Positions 28,995 to 38,788 of a DNA stretch of 64,000 bases are shown here, in pieces. Origin of the DNA: Lentisphaeria bacterium (GTDB lineage Bacteria > Verrucomicrobiota > Lentisphaeria > Victivallales > UBA1829); contig DPDG01000114.1 of the NCBI GenBank assembly GCA_003526375.1, positions 60,818 through 124,817 on the forward strand. Reading direction: 5' to 3'. The stretch's first letter is position 1; every line of letters begins with the position of its first letter. Under the pieces are notes generated by a model, which saw nothing but the letters and a program-made list of their open reading frames with translations, made no database searches and was not told the DNA's origin. Both the position numbers and the translations under genes were made by a program.

Positions 28995-30263
28995 ATGAAG
29001 ACACTTGATTATGATATTGCCGTGATCGGCGGCGGGGCGGCGGGATTGACCGCCGCATACGGCTGTGCCTCCGAAGGCATGAAAACTGTGGTGATCGACC
29101 GGGAGGAGACGCCGGGAGGGGTGCTCCTGCAATGTATTCACAACGGGTTCGGGCTGCATTATTTCAATGCGGAACTGACCGGTCCCGAATATGCGGCAAG
29201 GGTTTTGAAGCAGGCGGAGGATGCGGGAGCTTCTTTTCTGCTGAGCTCCACGGTAATGAAGATCGAGGATTGCGGAGCGGAGAAAATTCTGACAGTTTAT
29301 TCCAGGGCGGACGGTGTGACTCTGGTTCATGCGAAGGCGGTGATTCTGGCGATGGGATGTCGGGAGCGCTGCCGCGGGAATCTGGGGATTCCGGGCGACC
29401 GGGTCGCCGGGATTTTTACCGCCGGACTTGCACAGAGACTGTTGAATGTGGAGGGCTGTCTGCCCGGCAGAAAAGCGGTGATTGTCGGTTCCGGTGATAT
29501 CGGCTTGATCATGGCGCGGCGTCTGACATGGTGCGGAATTGAGGTGAAAGCGGTAGTTGAGATCATGCCTTATCCGTCCGGGTTGAGCCGGAACATTGCA
29601 CAGTGTCTTGAGGATTTCAATATTCCGCTTTATCTTAGTACGGGCGTGACAAATATCCATGGACGGGATCGGGTTGAAAGTGTTACTGTCGCACCCCTTG
29701 AAAATGGCCTTCCGCAAATGGACAGGGCATGGAAGATCGAGTGTGACACCGTACTGTTTTCTGTCGGCCTGATTCCGGAAAACGAGCTTGCCAAGGAGTG
29801 CGGTGTTGCGCTGAACCCGGTAACGAACGGTGCATGGGTTGACGGAAACCTTATGACGAATGTACAAGGAATTTTTTCCTGCGGGAACGTGCTTCATGTG
29901 CATGATCTTGTGGATTTTGTGTCCGAGGAGGCATTGCGTTGCGCCGCCTGCGCCGTAAAATGGATCAGGGCGGAGAAAAAAGACCCGGTTTTACAAGGTA
30001 AGACGATGTGCGGCGAGCATTTGCGCTATGTGGTTCCGAACAGTTATGTTCCTGCCGGGGACGGGCATTTTTACATGCGTCCGAAAATCGTTGCCTCCGC
30101 CGCGGAGCTTGTCGTGAGGGCAGGGGAAAGAGTGATTCTGCGGAAGAAACTGCGTTGGGTCAAGCCGGCGGAAATGATAGCCGTGAATCTGCCTGCGGCG
30201 CTTACCGCGGACTGCACTGCCGGGGAGAATCTGAATTTTGAACTGGAGGAGGTGAAGGCATGA
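28995..30263 (+). CDS. FAD/NAD(P)-binding pyridine nucleotide-disulfide oxidoreductase (partner of the GlpA-like protein)
   Basis: Two Rossmann motifs, YDIAVIGGGAAGLTAA and AVIVGSGDIGLIMA. ATG 28995 follows GAGGGG and abuts the upstream stop. Confidence 0.8.
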   Translation: MKTLDYDIAVIGGGAAGLTAAYGCASEGMKTVVIDREETPGGVLLQCIHNGFGLHYFNAELTGPEYAARVLKQAEDAGASFLLSSTVMKIEDCGAEKILTVYSRADGVTLVHAKAVILAMGCRERCRGNLGIPGDRVAGIFTAGLAQRLLNVEGCLPGRKAVIVGSGDIGLIMARRLTWCGIEVKAVVEIMPYPSGLSRNIAQCLEDFNIPLYLSTGVTNIHGRDRVESVTVAPLENGLPQMDRAWKIECDTVLFSVGLIPENELAKECGVALNPVTNGAWVDGNLMTNVQGIFSCGNVLHVHDLVDFVSEEALRCAACAVKWIRAEKKDPVLQGKTMCGEHLRYVVPNSYVPAGDGHFYMRPKIVASAAELVVRAGERVILRKKLRWVKPAEMIAVNLPAALTADCTAGENLNFELEEVKA

Positions 30264-30622
30264 AGAAAATTGAAAAAATCTGCATCGGCTGCCCGGCGGG
30301 ATGTCATCTTGAGATCACGGTTCGGGAAGACGGTTCGCTTCATGTCGCCGGGAATACCTGCAAACGCGGGATCGCCTATGCGGAAAATGAGATGCGCGAT
30401 CCACGCCGCGTTGTAACTGCGGTTGTCCATTGCAGCTCGAAAAAATTGCCGTATCTTCCTGTGCGGACCGATCAGGCGCTTCCCGTAAAGCTGATTGAAC
30501 CGCTTCTCAGGAAGCTTTATTCGCTGAATGTGTGTGAACCGGTCCGCGCCGGCGACATCCTGATTCATGATTTTGAAGGCAGTAAAATCAACGTTGTGTT
30601 CACAAGGGGAATTGAGCCGTGA
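30260..30622 (+). CDS. DUF1667 domain protein
   Basis: CIGCPAGCHLEI ... GNTCKRG cysteine motifs. ATGA overlap with the upstream gene. This is the classic third member of the GlpA-like trio. Confidence 0.75.
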   Translation: MKKIEKICIGCPAGCHLEITVREDGSLHVAGNTCKRGIAYAENEMRDPRRVVTAVVHCSSKKLPYLPVRTDQALPVKLIEPLLRKLYSLNVCEPVRAGDILIHDFEGSKINVVFTRGIEP

Positions 30623-31425
30623 AACATGATCTTTCAAGACTCCGCCATGTCGTGATGGATATGGACGGCACAATTTACCGCGGGGAAGAATTGTTCCCGA
30701 CGACGCTGCCTTTTCTGCGCCGCCTGGAATCCCTCGGGATCGGTTATACGTTCCTGACGAACAATTCCTCGCGGAGTGTGGATGATTATATTGAATATTT
30801 GTACAAATTCGGAATCAGGATACGGCGGAAACAGATGTTCACCTCCACTCTGAATGCGGTTGCGTTCCTGAAATCGGGTCATCCGGCGTCGAAAAGGCTT
30901 TTCATGATCGGGACGGAAGTTTTCCGGCGGGAAATGGAGGAATACGGTTTTCATGATGTGAACATGACGGACGAACCTGATGCGGTCGTGACGGCTTTTG
31001 ATACCGCATTGAGTTATGAACGGCTCTGCAAGGCGGCATGGTGGATCAAACGGGGCAAACTCTGGATTGCGACGCATCCCGATACGGAGTGTCCGACGGA
31101 GCGGGATACGACTCTGATCGACTGCGGAAGCATCATTGCATGTCTGGAGAAAGTTTCCGGGCGTTCCCCTGTCGTACTGGGCAAACCGAATCCTGAAATC
31201 CTTTGCGAGATCATGCGCCGGAACGGTGTTGCGCCGGAGGAGACCGCGATGTGCGGAGACCGCCTTTACACCGATCTGCGCCTTGCCGCGAACGCCGGAG
31301 TCACAGGCGTGCTGATCAGTCCCGATCCGCCGGAAAAAATTCCCGGTAATTTTGCCGATATTACCGTGATTGATCTTGAAGAATTCGGAAAACAAATCTC
31401 TCTGGCAAAATGCGGAAAGAAATGA
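30619..31425 (+). CDS. HAD-IIA family hydrolase (NagD-like sugar phosphatase)
   Basis: VVMDMDGTIYRG, FLTNNSSRS, GKPNP, MCGDRLYTDL. GTGA overlap with the DUF1667 gene. Confidence 0.8.
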   Translation: MKHDLSRLRHVVMDMDGTIYRGEELFPTTLPFLRRLESLGIGYTFLTNNSSRSVDDYIEYLYKFGIRIRRKQMFTSTLNAVAFLKSGHPASKRLFMIGTEVFRREMEEYGFHDVNMTDEPDAVVTAFDTALSYERLCKAAWWIKRGKLWIATHPDTECPTERDTTLIDCGSIIACLEKVSGRSPVVLGKPNPEILCEIMRRNGVAPEETAMCGDRLYTDLRLAANAGVTGVLISPDPPEKIPGNFADITVIDLEEFGKQISLAKCGKK

Positions 31426-31480
31426 TATATTACTTCCGGTAATTCCGTTTTTGCTGAAAAAACAACAAAAGAGAGATTGT

Positions 31481-32794
31481 ATGCTGAAGAAAATCATCAC
31501 CGGATATTTTTCCGTGGCGCTTGTCTGGCGCGTCGCCATTGCTTTTATTCTCGGTATCGCCGCCGGTATTTCATGTTCCCGGCTGGGGGCCTGTTACGGG
31601 GAGGAACTGCTTGTCCGGATCACGGCGGTTGTCTCGCCTTTCGGAACGGTGCTTATTGCGATGCTGAAAATGGTGGTGATCCCCATTATCTTCTTTTCGC
31701 TGGTCGCCGGAGCCGCGAGTCTGCCGGTCAAGAAGTTCGGCAGACTCGGCTTGTCGGTTCTGGTATGGTATTTCCTGACTTCTCTTTTTGCGGGGATCTT
31801 CGGAATTTTCCTTGCCGTGGCCATGAATCCCGCAATGGAGAATGCGCAGAAACTTTCCGAAAAATTTCTGCCGCAGGTCGGTGCGATGAAGATGCACGGG
31901 ACGGCAAACGGGATATCCCAGTTCATCAACAATCTTTTCATGAATCCGTTTCAGGCGCTTGCGGAAGGACAGTTTCTGCCGATCATCATTTTCTCCATTC
32001 TGTTCGGGCTTGCCGCACGTATCGTGATCGAACGGCATGGCGAGGAATCAAAGACCGGCAGAACCGTGGAGTTGATGCTTGATGTGTTTGACGCTGCACA
32101 GAAGGCGTCATTCAAGATCATCGACTGGGTCATGGAGTATTTTCCCGTCGGCGTTTTTGCGCTTACGACGGTCAATTTCGCCGTTTACGGAATGGAACTG
32201 TTCGGACCCTATGTGCGGATCGCCGGATGCGTCATGATCGGCGTTCTGCTGATGATCTTCCTGATTTACCCGATGTTCCTTCTGTTGCTCTGCCGCGAAA
32301 ATCCTTATCGTGTATTGAATAAAATCAAGGAAGCGGTCATTACGGCGTTTCTGACCCGTTCCAGCGCGGCGACTCTGCCGATCTCTTTCCGTATTGCAAA
32401 AGAAAAGCTTCATGTGAAAGAACAGCTTTCAAGTTTCGCCCTGCCGCTCGGAGCCACAATCAATATGGACGGCGTCTGTATTCATCTTCCGGTATTCGCA
32501 ATCCTCGCCGCAAACATTTTCGGGATTCAGATTGGAGTTTCGCAGTTGGCGGTCCTGCTGATTTCCGTTGTCTTTGCTTCGGTGGGAGCCGGAGGCATTC
32601 CCGGCGGAAGCGTTTTCCTGCTGTTCATGGTGCTGGCGAATCTCGGATTGAATGACTCCGAGATTGCGATGATTGTGGCGCTCGCCATCGGTATCAACCC
32701 GCTTCTTGACATGTTTGAAACCGCATGCAATGTGACTGGCGACAATGTCTGCAATTATATTGTCGGCAAACGCGGCGGAATGCTGGAAAAGTAG
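31481..32794 (+). CDS. Dicarboxylate/amino acid:cation symporter (DAACS family)
   Basis: Polytopic, with SSAATLPISF and ATINMDGVCIH motifs. Start set at ATG 31481 (MLKKIITGYF). Confidence 0.85.
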   Translation: MLKKIITGYFSVALVWRVAIAFILGIAAGISCSRLGACYGEELLVRITAVVSPFGTVLIAMLKMVVIPIIFFSLVAGAASLPVKKFGRLGLSVLVWYFLTSLFAGIFGIFLAVAMNPAMENAQKLSEKFLPQVGAMKMHGTANGISQFINNLFMNPFQALAEGQFLPIIIFSILFGLAARIVIERHGEESKTGRTVELMLDVFDAAQKASFKIIDWVMEYFPVGVFALTTVNFAVYGMELFGPYVRIAGCVMIGVLLMIFLIYPMFLLLLCRENPYRVLNKIKEAVITAFLTRSSAATLPISFRIAKEKLHVKEQLSSFALPLGATINMDGVCIHLPVFAILAANIFGIQIGVSQLAVLLISVVFASVGAGGIPGGSVFLLFMVLANLGLNDSEIAMIVALAIGINPLLDMFETACNVTGDNVCNYIVGKRGGMLEK

Positions 32795-32865
32795 TCTGTA
32801 ATTTCATTTTCCGGGTTGCATTTCTTTCTTTTCCTGTTTATATTTGCAGAAAAAAGGAGGGAGCA

Positions 32866-33210
32866 ATGTATTGTCAGAATTGTGGAAAAGAGATGAGTGC
32901 CGATGCCAGGTTCTGTTCCGCGTGCGGCGCTTCGCTGGGACAGCGTGCCGTGGTTGCAGATGATGCCACGACTTTTTTCATTCCAAACAACTCCTGGGCT
33001 CTCTGGGCTTATTATCTGGGGCTGGCGTCTCTGATCTGCGGTATTTTTGCGGGAATTCCCGCTTTTGTCGCAGGTGTCAAGGGGGTGCAGTTTGCAAAGA
33101 AAAACCCTCAGGCGAAAGGGGCGATCCATGCGTGGTTCGGCATTCTTGCGGGAGCTGTAATGTTCCTGTTGAATATTGCACTTTTAATTCTTATCATCAG
33201 CAGCAACTAA
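32866..33210 (+). CDS. Zinc-ribbon plus DUF4190-like two-TM membrane protein
   Basis: MYCQNCGKEMSADARFCSACG then two Gly-rich TM helices (GLASLICGIFAGIPAFVAG; GILAGAVMFLLNIALLILII). AAGGAGGGAG SD before ATG 32866. Confidence 0.6.
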   Translation: MYCQNCGKEMSADARFCSACGASLGQRAVVADDATTFFIPNNSWALWAYYLGLASLICGIFAGIPAFVAGVKGVQFAKKNPQAKGAIHAWFGILAGAVMFLLNIALLILIISSN

Positions 33211-33224
33211 GGAGAGGAAAAAAC

Positions 33225-33560
33225 ATGTTCTGTAAACAATGCGGAAAAGAAATCACAGAGAATGCGGAGGTTTGCACTCATTGCGGAGCGCGCCAGACTC
33301 CTCCGGTTCAAATTAAATCGCACTTGGCTGAGGCGATCATCACTACGCTGTGCTGCTGCCTGCCGTTCGGTATTGTTTCCATTGTCTATGCCGCGAAGGT
33401 ATCGTCTCTGCTGCAGAGCGGCGATGTTGCAGGCGCGCAGCAGGCGTCGTCAAAAGCTTCCATGTGGGCATGGATTGCATTCGGCACCGGAATTGTCATC
33501 AATGGAATCTATCTTGCGTTGCAGGTGCTCGGGACTTTTGCGGATCATGCAGCATCCTGA
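33225..33560 (+). CDS. Zinc-ribbon plus CD225/dispanin (IFITM-like) family membrane protein
   Basis: MFCKQCGKEITENAEVCTHCG then ITTLCCCLPFGIVSIVYAAKV ... second TM, the dispanin signature. AAGGAGAGGA SD precedes ATG 33225. Confidence 0.65.
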   Translation: MFCKQCGKEITENAEVCTHCGARQTPPVQIKSHLAEAIITTLCCCLPFGIVSIVYAAKVSSLLQSGDVAGAQQASSKASMWAWIAFGTGIVINGIYLALQVLGTFADHAAS

Positions 33561-33981
33561 TTTCCAGGAATCTGCCGGAAATGACCCGGTCAAAAAAATA
33601 AAACAGGAGCGTTTGGTGAAACTTCTGTTTTTTATTTTTCTGGCGGCTGCCGGCGGAATCGGGCTGATTTTCCTGTATTTCCATAACCCCGTTGCGACGC
33701 GCTGGCTGCCGCAGTGCTCCTTTTACCGGCTGACGGGGCTCTACTGTTCCGGATGCGGGACGACGCGTGCGCTTTATGCGGCTCTTCACGGAGATTTTTA
33801 TGCGGCGTTCCGTTATAATCTGTTGTTGTTTCCGTCGCTGATCCTGATCGGCGTTCTGCTCTGGAAACCGCGGCTTGCCCTGCGGGCATGGGTTGCTTAT
33901 CCTGTTCTGATTATCCTTGTGCTCTATTGGATTCTGCGCAACATTCCGGTTTACCCATTCCTTCTGCTGGCTCCGCATTGA
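33547..33981 (+). CDS. DUF2752 domain membrane protein
   Basis: CSFYRLTGLYCSGCGTTRAL motif plus three further TM segments. Start uncertain; ATG 33547 overlaps the upstream stop. The 5' part of track ORF 33262..33981 is a frame artefact. Confidence 0.6.
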   Translation: MQHPDFQESAGNDPVKKIKQERLVKLLFFIFLAAAGGIGLIFLYFHNPVATRWLPQCSFYRLTGLYCSGCGTTRALYAALHGDFYAAFRYNLLLFPSLILIGVLLWKPRLALRAWVAYPVLIILVLYWILRNIPVYPFLLLAPH

Positions 33982-34051
33982 AGACCGTTTTTCCAAAAAT
34001 CCGCTGGCAAAATTTTTCTTCGAGGCTATATTAGGCGAAAGGTTTTGTCTT

Positions 34052-35893
34052 ATGAGAAAAATATATTTGTTTTTATTCTGCTTCGGGTTGGCAATACAGT
34101 CTGTCTCCGGAGCGGCTCAACCACAGGAGAAACAGATCATGCTGCCGGAAATCGCAGGCACACATCCCCGCCTTTTCGTCAATTCGAAGACGGGGTTCCT
34201 TCCATTGAGAGAGACGCAGAAAACGGTCTGCGGCAAAGCACTTGCGGAACGAGTGGTTCATGATGCCGAAGTGTTGCTGAAGGAATCTCCCGCGGAACGG
34301 ATCATGCAGGGGCGCCGCCTGCTTGGGGTCAGCCGTAATGTCCTCTACCGGATCAATACGCTTGCAATGGCTTATCATCTGACGCGGGAACGCCGTTTCG
34401 CTGAACGTGCCGTCCGGGAGATGTGTGCCGTGTCCGATTTCAGCGACTGGAATCCGTCGCATTTTCTTGATGTCGCGGAAATGACCCTTGCCCTTGCCGT
34501 CGGTTACGACTGGCTTTATGATATGTTGGATGATGAACAGCGTTTGAAGATTCGTTCTGCGATCATAGAGAAAGGAATCAAGCCTTCATTCTCCGGGAGG
34601 CACTGGTGGATTACAGGGAAGAACAACTGGAATCAGGTCTGCCATGCGGGAATGGTCGCAGGTGCGCTTGCCGTTGCCGATTCTGAGCCTGAACTTGCGG
34701 AAAAGACGATTCTGCGTGCGATTCGTAATCTGCCGCGTTCCATGAAAGCCTCTTTCTCGCCGAACGGCGCCTATCCGGAGGGTCCGACCTACTGGGGATA
34801 CGGAACGGAATTCACCGTGGTTCTGCTGGCGTTGCTGGAAGGAGCGTTCGGACAGGATTTCGGGCTTTCGGAAATTCCGGGATTTTCCGTTACCGGCGAC
34901 TTCGTGATTGCTTCGACTGCGCCCACAGGAGAATTGTTCAATTATGCCGACTGCGGAAAGAGACTCGGAAGCTCTTTTGCGATGCACTGGCTGATCCGCC
35001 GTTTCAACCGTCCGGACTGGTTTTCAAAGAATGAGCGGAAAGCATTGAAGCGCGAGGCGGAGCGACGTCCGCGCACATTGAAAAACAGCCGGAACCGGCT
35101 GCTTCCGCTATCCCTGCTGTATCTGCAGGACTGGACGGAAACCGCGAGCCGGAATCTTGTCTTTTACAGCGGTGATACGGCAGAGGTGCCGATTGCGATT
35201 TACCGGACAGGCTGGAAGTCTACGGATGCCTGTCTTGGGGTCAAGGGAGGTTCTCCGTCGGGGCCGCACGGTCACATGGACGGCGGTTCTTTCATCTATG
35301 AGGCAAACGGCGTCCGCTGGGCTTCGGATCTCGGAGCCGAGAATTATCACCGGATTGAATCGCAGGGGCTGGCATTGTGGGACGCAAGGCAGGAGAGCGA
35401 CCGCTGGCGTATTTTCCGGATCGGGCCGGACAGCCACAGCATTCTCAGGGTTGACGGAGAGCCGCAACTTGTGAAGGGCAAGGCTGAGATCGTTGATTTT
35501 CAGCCGGAACGGTGTGTTCTTGATTTGACCTCTTTGTATAAAGACAAGGCGAAGAAGGTGATCCGCAAGCTGGAACTCCGCCCGGACCGTTCTCTGAGAG
35601 TGACGGATTCTCTGAGCGGCTTGAAGCCGAATGCCCGGATATGCTGGCAGTTATGTACGGCGACGGAGGCTTCGGGTGAGAAAACTCTGCTGTTGCGTTC
35701 CAGAGGGAAAAAACTTGCGGTAAAGAAAAATCGGGGCGGCAAATGGAAGATCACTCCGGCGGAGAAGCTGATGCATGAGTTCGATTCCCCGAATCCGGGA
35801 ATCCTCATTGTCTCATTTGATGCCGCTGTTCCGGCGGACGGCGATCTGGAGCTCACCGTTGAATTCCTGCCGGAAAACAGAAAAGACCGTTAA
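34052..35893 (+). CDS. Secreted heparinase II/III-like protein (polysaccharide lyase fold)
   Basis: Signal peptide MRKIYLFLFCFGLAIQSVSG. DWNPSHFLDVAEM and NNWNQVCHAG toroid motifs. C-terminal GPHGHMDGGSF motif. Confidence 0.75.
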   Translation: MRKIYLFLFCFGLAIQSVSGAAQPQEKQIMLPEIAGTHPRLFVNSKTGFLPLRETQKTVCGKALAERVVHDAEVLLKESPAERIMQGRRLLGVSRNVLYRINTLAMAYHLTRERRFAERAVREMCAVSDFSDWNPSHFLDVAEMTLALAVGYDWLYDMLDDEQRLKIRSAIIEKGIKPSFSGRHWWITGKNNWNQVCHAGMVAGALAVADSEPELAEKTILRAIRNLPRSMKASFSPNGAYPEGPTYWGYGTEFTVVLLALLEGAFGQDFGLSEIPGFSVTGDFVIASTAPTGELFNYADCGKRLGSSFAMHWLIRRFNRPDWFSKNERKALKREAERRPRTLKNSRNRLLPLSLLYLQDWTETASRNLVFYSGDTAEVPIAIYRTGWKSTDACLGVKGGSPSGPHGHMDGGSFIYEANGVRWASDLGAENYHRIESQGLALWDARQESDRWRIFRIGPDSHSILRVDGEPQLVKGKAEIVDFQPERCVLDLTSLYKDKAKKVIRKLELRPDRSLRVTDSLSGLKPNARICWQLCTATEASGEKTLLLRSRGKKLAVKKNRGGKWKITPAEKLMHEFDSPNPGILIVSFDAAVPADGDLELTVEFLPENRKDR

Positions 35894-36043
35894 AAACAGT
35901 TTCGGGAATGATCTGCTTATTGAGTCTGTTGCCTCATGCGTTTTTGTGCGTTTCCGTAAGAGTTCATATATACAATCTTTGCTGGATACAGGAAGTCCCG
36001 CAGCAGACGAAACTGTGCGGGACTTTGAATTCAATGAAAAGAG

Positions 36044-36751
36044 TTATTTCTTGAGAGAAATGACAACGCTCTTGAAATTTCCTTCTCCGGTGCTTTCTGT
36101 CTGAAGATCGCTTTCACCTTCGAGAGTGATATGGATGATACGTCTGTCGTGCGCATTCATCGGGGGCAGGGTGACGGGTTCGCCCCAGCGCCTGACTTCC
36201 TTGGAGGCGTCAATCGCCTGCTGGCGGAGATTCTCGTCATTTTCATTGCCGTCGTCATCGTCATGGTAAGACCTTCCACCGTCACGGCGTCCCCTTGGAC
36301 CTCTGTCGCGTCTGTCTCCGCCTCTGCGGTCGTCCCGTCTGTCTTCACGCCGTTCCCCGCGCTTGGATGAGTAACCGTCGATATCGATATAAACTTTCGG
36401 GAAATCAATATTTTCCTTCTGCATCATTCTGTTGAGAAGGGTCTGGAGACTTTCCAGAGACTGCCCTTTTCTGCCGATGATGCGTCCCGCGTCTTCACTG
36501 CTGACGAGCAGATTGATTTTGGAGGTTCTTCCTTCGGCTTTCACCGTTCCTTCGAGTCCGAGATAATCCAGCATTGTGGCAAGAGTCTTTTTCGACTTAT
36601 CCAGCATCTCCTGGGTCACAACAATCTGAGGACGCTGTTCTCTCGCCGGCTGCGGCTGTTCCTGTGCGGGTGCCTGAACATCGGCTTCCGTTGCGGGAGC
36701 CTGTTCCATTGTGTCTGTAACGTTTTCGTTTTCCATGTTTACCTCTTGCAT
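36044..36751 (-). CDS. jag: RNA-binding protein Jag/KhpB (KH plus R3H domains)
   Basis: IIGRKGQSLESLQTLL (KH) and NAHDRRIIHITL (R3H). Immediately downstream of yidC. Confidence 0.85.
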   Translation of the reverse strand: MQEVNMENENVTDTMEQAPATEADVQAPAQEQPQPAREQRPQIVVTQEMLDKSKKTLATMLDYLGLEGTVKAEGRTSKINLLVSSEDAGRIIGRKGQSLESLQTLLNRMMQKENIDFPKVYIDIDGYSSKRGERREDRRDDRRGGDRRDRGPRGRRDGGRSYHDDDDGNENDENLRQQAIDASKEVRRWGEPVTLPPMNAHDRRIIHITLEGESDLQTESTGEGNFKSVVISLKK

Positions 36752-36756
36752 TTCTG

Positions 36757-38541
36757 TTATGCAGATTTTGACTTGAGGGCCTCTTTTTCGTCTTCCCTCT
36801 TTGCGATGTATTGACTATACTTCATCTGAAGAATACTGAATATCTGACTGACGGTCCAGTAGAGAGTCAGTCCGGACGGCAGATTGTAGAGCATGACCAG
36901 CATGATCACAGGCATTGCCATCATCATTTTCTGCTGCATCGGGTCCATTGTGGACGGCGTCATCTTCTGCTGAATGACCATCAGGACAGTCATGATCAGA
37001 ATCAGGGGATGAATGCCGTAACCGAACAGAAGCGGCGGGCCGACAAGGTCCGGCTTCGTCAGGTCAGCCGCCCAGAGGAACGACACATGACGGAGCTCCA
37101 CCGCGGATTCCAGAACGGAATACAGTGCGAAGAATACCGGCAGTTGAAGCAGGATCGGGAGACATCCCCCGACAGGATTGACCTTTTCCTCGCGGTAAAG
37201 TTCCATCATTTTCGCATTCATTTCCTGCGGGCGTTCTTTATATTTTTCGCGGAGTTCCTTGATCTTCGGCTGGATTTTCGCCATCTTGCGCATGGAATTG
37301 TTCGCGCGCTGCGTCACCGGCCAGAAGACCACGCGGACGATGACCGTCAGGAGAATAATCGCAATGCCGTAGGAACCGCTGAGCCCTTTCAGGTAATCCA
37401 GAAGCCACATCAGGGGACGCGCGAGAAACTCCATCCACGAGAAATAGGAGAGATGCAGAACGGAGACGGTGGACTCCGGAAGCTGACGGATCTGTTTCAG
37501 GGTTTTCGGCCCTGTGAAGCAGGAAAAATCAAGTTTCAGAGAATCTCCGGCATTCAGTGCCACATTTTTATAGACGCCGCAGATCGAAGGCATGTGATAG
37601 ACCTCGCCGGCTTTTCCGAACTCATTCGGAACGGCATTGCGGCGAAGCTCGAACCCGCCGTCGAAAGGCTTCGACGGAAACAGGAGCGATGCAAAATATT
37701 TGTTCGTCACGCCGACCCAGTCCACGGGGATGCCGCCGTTGACCGCTTTGAACTTCTCCTCCTTCATTTCAGGGTCAAGAGAGATCGCTTTCTGTGCGGA
37801 GCTCGGACAGTATTCGATATAGCGCGGGTCGCGGACAAGGACATCGCCGGAGAAATTGCGGAGCGGAGGAAGACCGGCTGTCCAGATTTTAAGTTCCGGC
37901 AGCACGATGTTTTCTGAGGAAAGATTCTGAACCGTGATATCGCATTTCAGGCTGTAAGAACTCTTGTCAAGAGTAAAAACCTGCGTGATCCTGATCTTAT
38001 CGGCTTTTCTGGCAAGTGTGCGTGAGATCGTAAGAGTATTTTCCGTCCGGACAGGTTTGCCGATTTCCACCGTTACCCAGGAGTCAAGCCCTGTCAGCGA
38101 GAACGTTCTGTAAGGGGCGTAAACGGAATCATAAACCACGGGTTCTTTCTTGTTGGAGGTTGTGAACTGTTTGAACTCCACTTTGTCTATGGTGCCGGTA
38201 TTGGGATTGATTGAAAAATCCGCGACTTCATTTCCGAACGTGACAAGGGGAAGAAGCGAGAGGGTGGAGGCGACGGGAGAGGCTTTGACGGCTTCCGGTT
38301 CCGCTTTTTCCGCAACCGTCCGGAGAGGATCGGCTTTCCTGTCTGCGTTTTCCGTTTCCTGTTTCCGGGCGAGTTCGGCATATTGCGCCTGAGTTTTGGC
38401 GATCATTGCCTGCTGCCGATTGTATTCAGCCTGTTTCGCCTGCTGCTTCGGGTAATAGATCCCCCAGCCGACCAGGATGGCAAGAGCGATGGCGATTACG
38501 ATAAACGTCTCTTTATCAAACTTCACTTTTCTACCTTTCAT
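36757..38541 (-). CDS. yidC: Membrane protein insertase YidC
   Basis: 594 aa with N-terminal TM, a large periplasmic domain and the conserved core GCLPILLQLPVFFALY ... LPSGLTLYWTVSQIFSI. Confidence 0.95.
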   Translation of the reverse strand: MKGRKVKFDKETFIVIAIALAILVGWGIYYPKQQAKQAEYNRQQAMIAKTQAQYAELARKQETENADRKADPLRTVAEKAEPEAVKASPVASTLSLLPLVTFGNEVADFSINPNTGTIDKVEFKQFTTSNKKEPVVYDSVYAPYRTFSLTGLDSWVTVEIGKPVRTENTLTISRTLARKADKIRITQVFTLDKSSYSLKCDITVQNLSSENIVLPELKIWTAGLPPLRNFSGDVLVRDPRYIEYCPSSAQKAISLDPEMKEEKFKAVNGGIPVDWVGVTNKYFASLLFPSKPFDGGFELRRNAVPNEFGKAGEVYHMPSICGVYKNVALNAGDSLKLDFSCFTGPKTLKQIRQLPESTVSVLHLSYFSWMEFLARPLMWLLDYLKGLSGSYGIAIILLTVIVRVVFWPVTQRANNSMRKMAKIQPKIKELREKYKERPQEMNAKMMELYREEKVNPVGGCLPILLQLPVFFALYSVLESAVELRHVSFLWAADLTKPDLVGPPLLFGYGIHPLILIMTVLMVIQQKMTPSTMDPMQQKMMMAMPVIMLVMLYNLPSGLTLYWTVSQIFSILQMKYSQYIAKREDEKEALKSKSA

Positions 38542-38753
38542 TATTTGACCCGCCAGAAGCCCCGGGGCGGCACCGGATCATATCCGCCCCTGCAAAGAGG
38601 CTGACAACGCATCAGGCGCCATACGGCAAGACAAAGCCCTTTCAGAACGCCATGGGTCATGATGGCTTCTGCGGCATACGCGGAACACGTCGGAGTAAAA
38701 CGACAGCATCTCGGAAGCATGGGAGAGATTGCCTTCTTGTAACACCAGATCAT
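38541..38753 (-). CDS. yidD: Membrane protein insertion efficiency factor YidD
   Basis: CRFTPTCSAYAAEAIMTHGVLKGLCLAVWRLMRCQPLCRGGYDPVP. Start uncertain: ATG 38753, or a TTG a few codons upstream. The 157-aa track ORF overlaps rnpA and is too long. Confidence 0.8.
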   Translation of the reverse strand: MIWCYKKAISPMLPRCCRFTPTCSAYAAEAIMTHGVLKGLCLAVWRLMRCQPLCRGGYDPVPPRGFWRVK

Positions 38754-38788
38754 CAGGAGAAGCAATCCGGAAAGAGAAAAAGAAAATT

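Noticed and set aside
33262-33546. N-terminal 95 aa of track ORF 33262..33981
   Set aside because: It overlaps the CD225 gene in a different frame and is Arg-rich. The DUF2752 signature begins only after the ATG at 33547.
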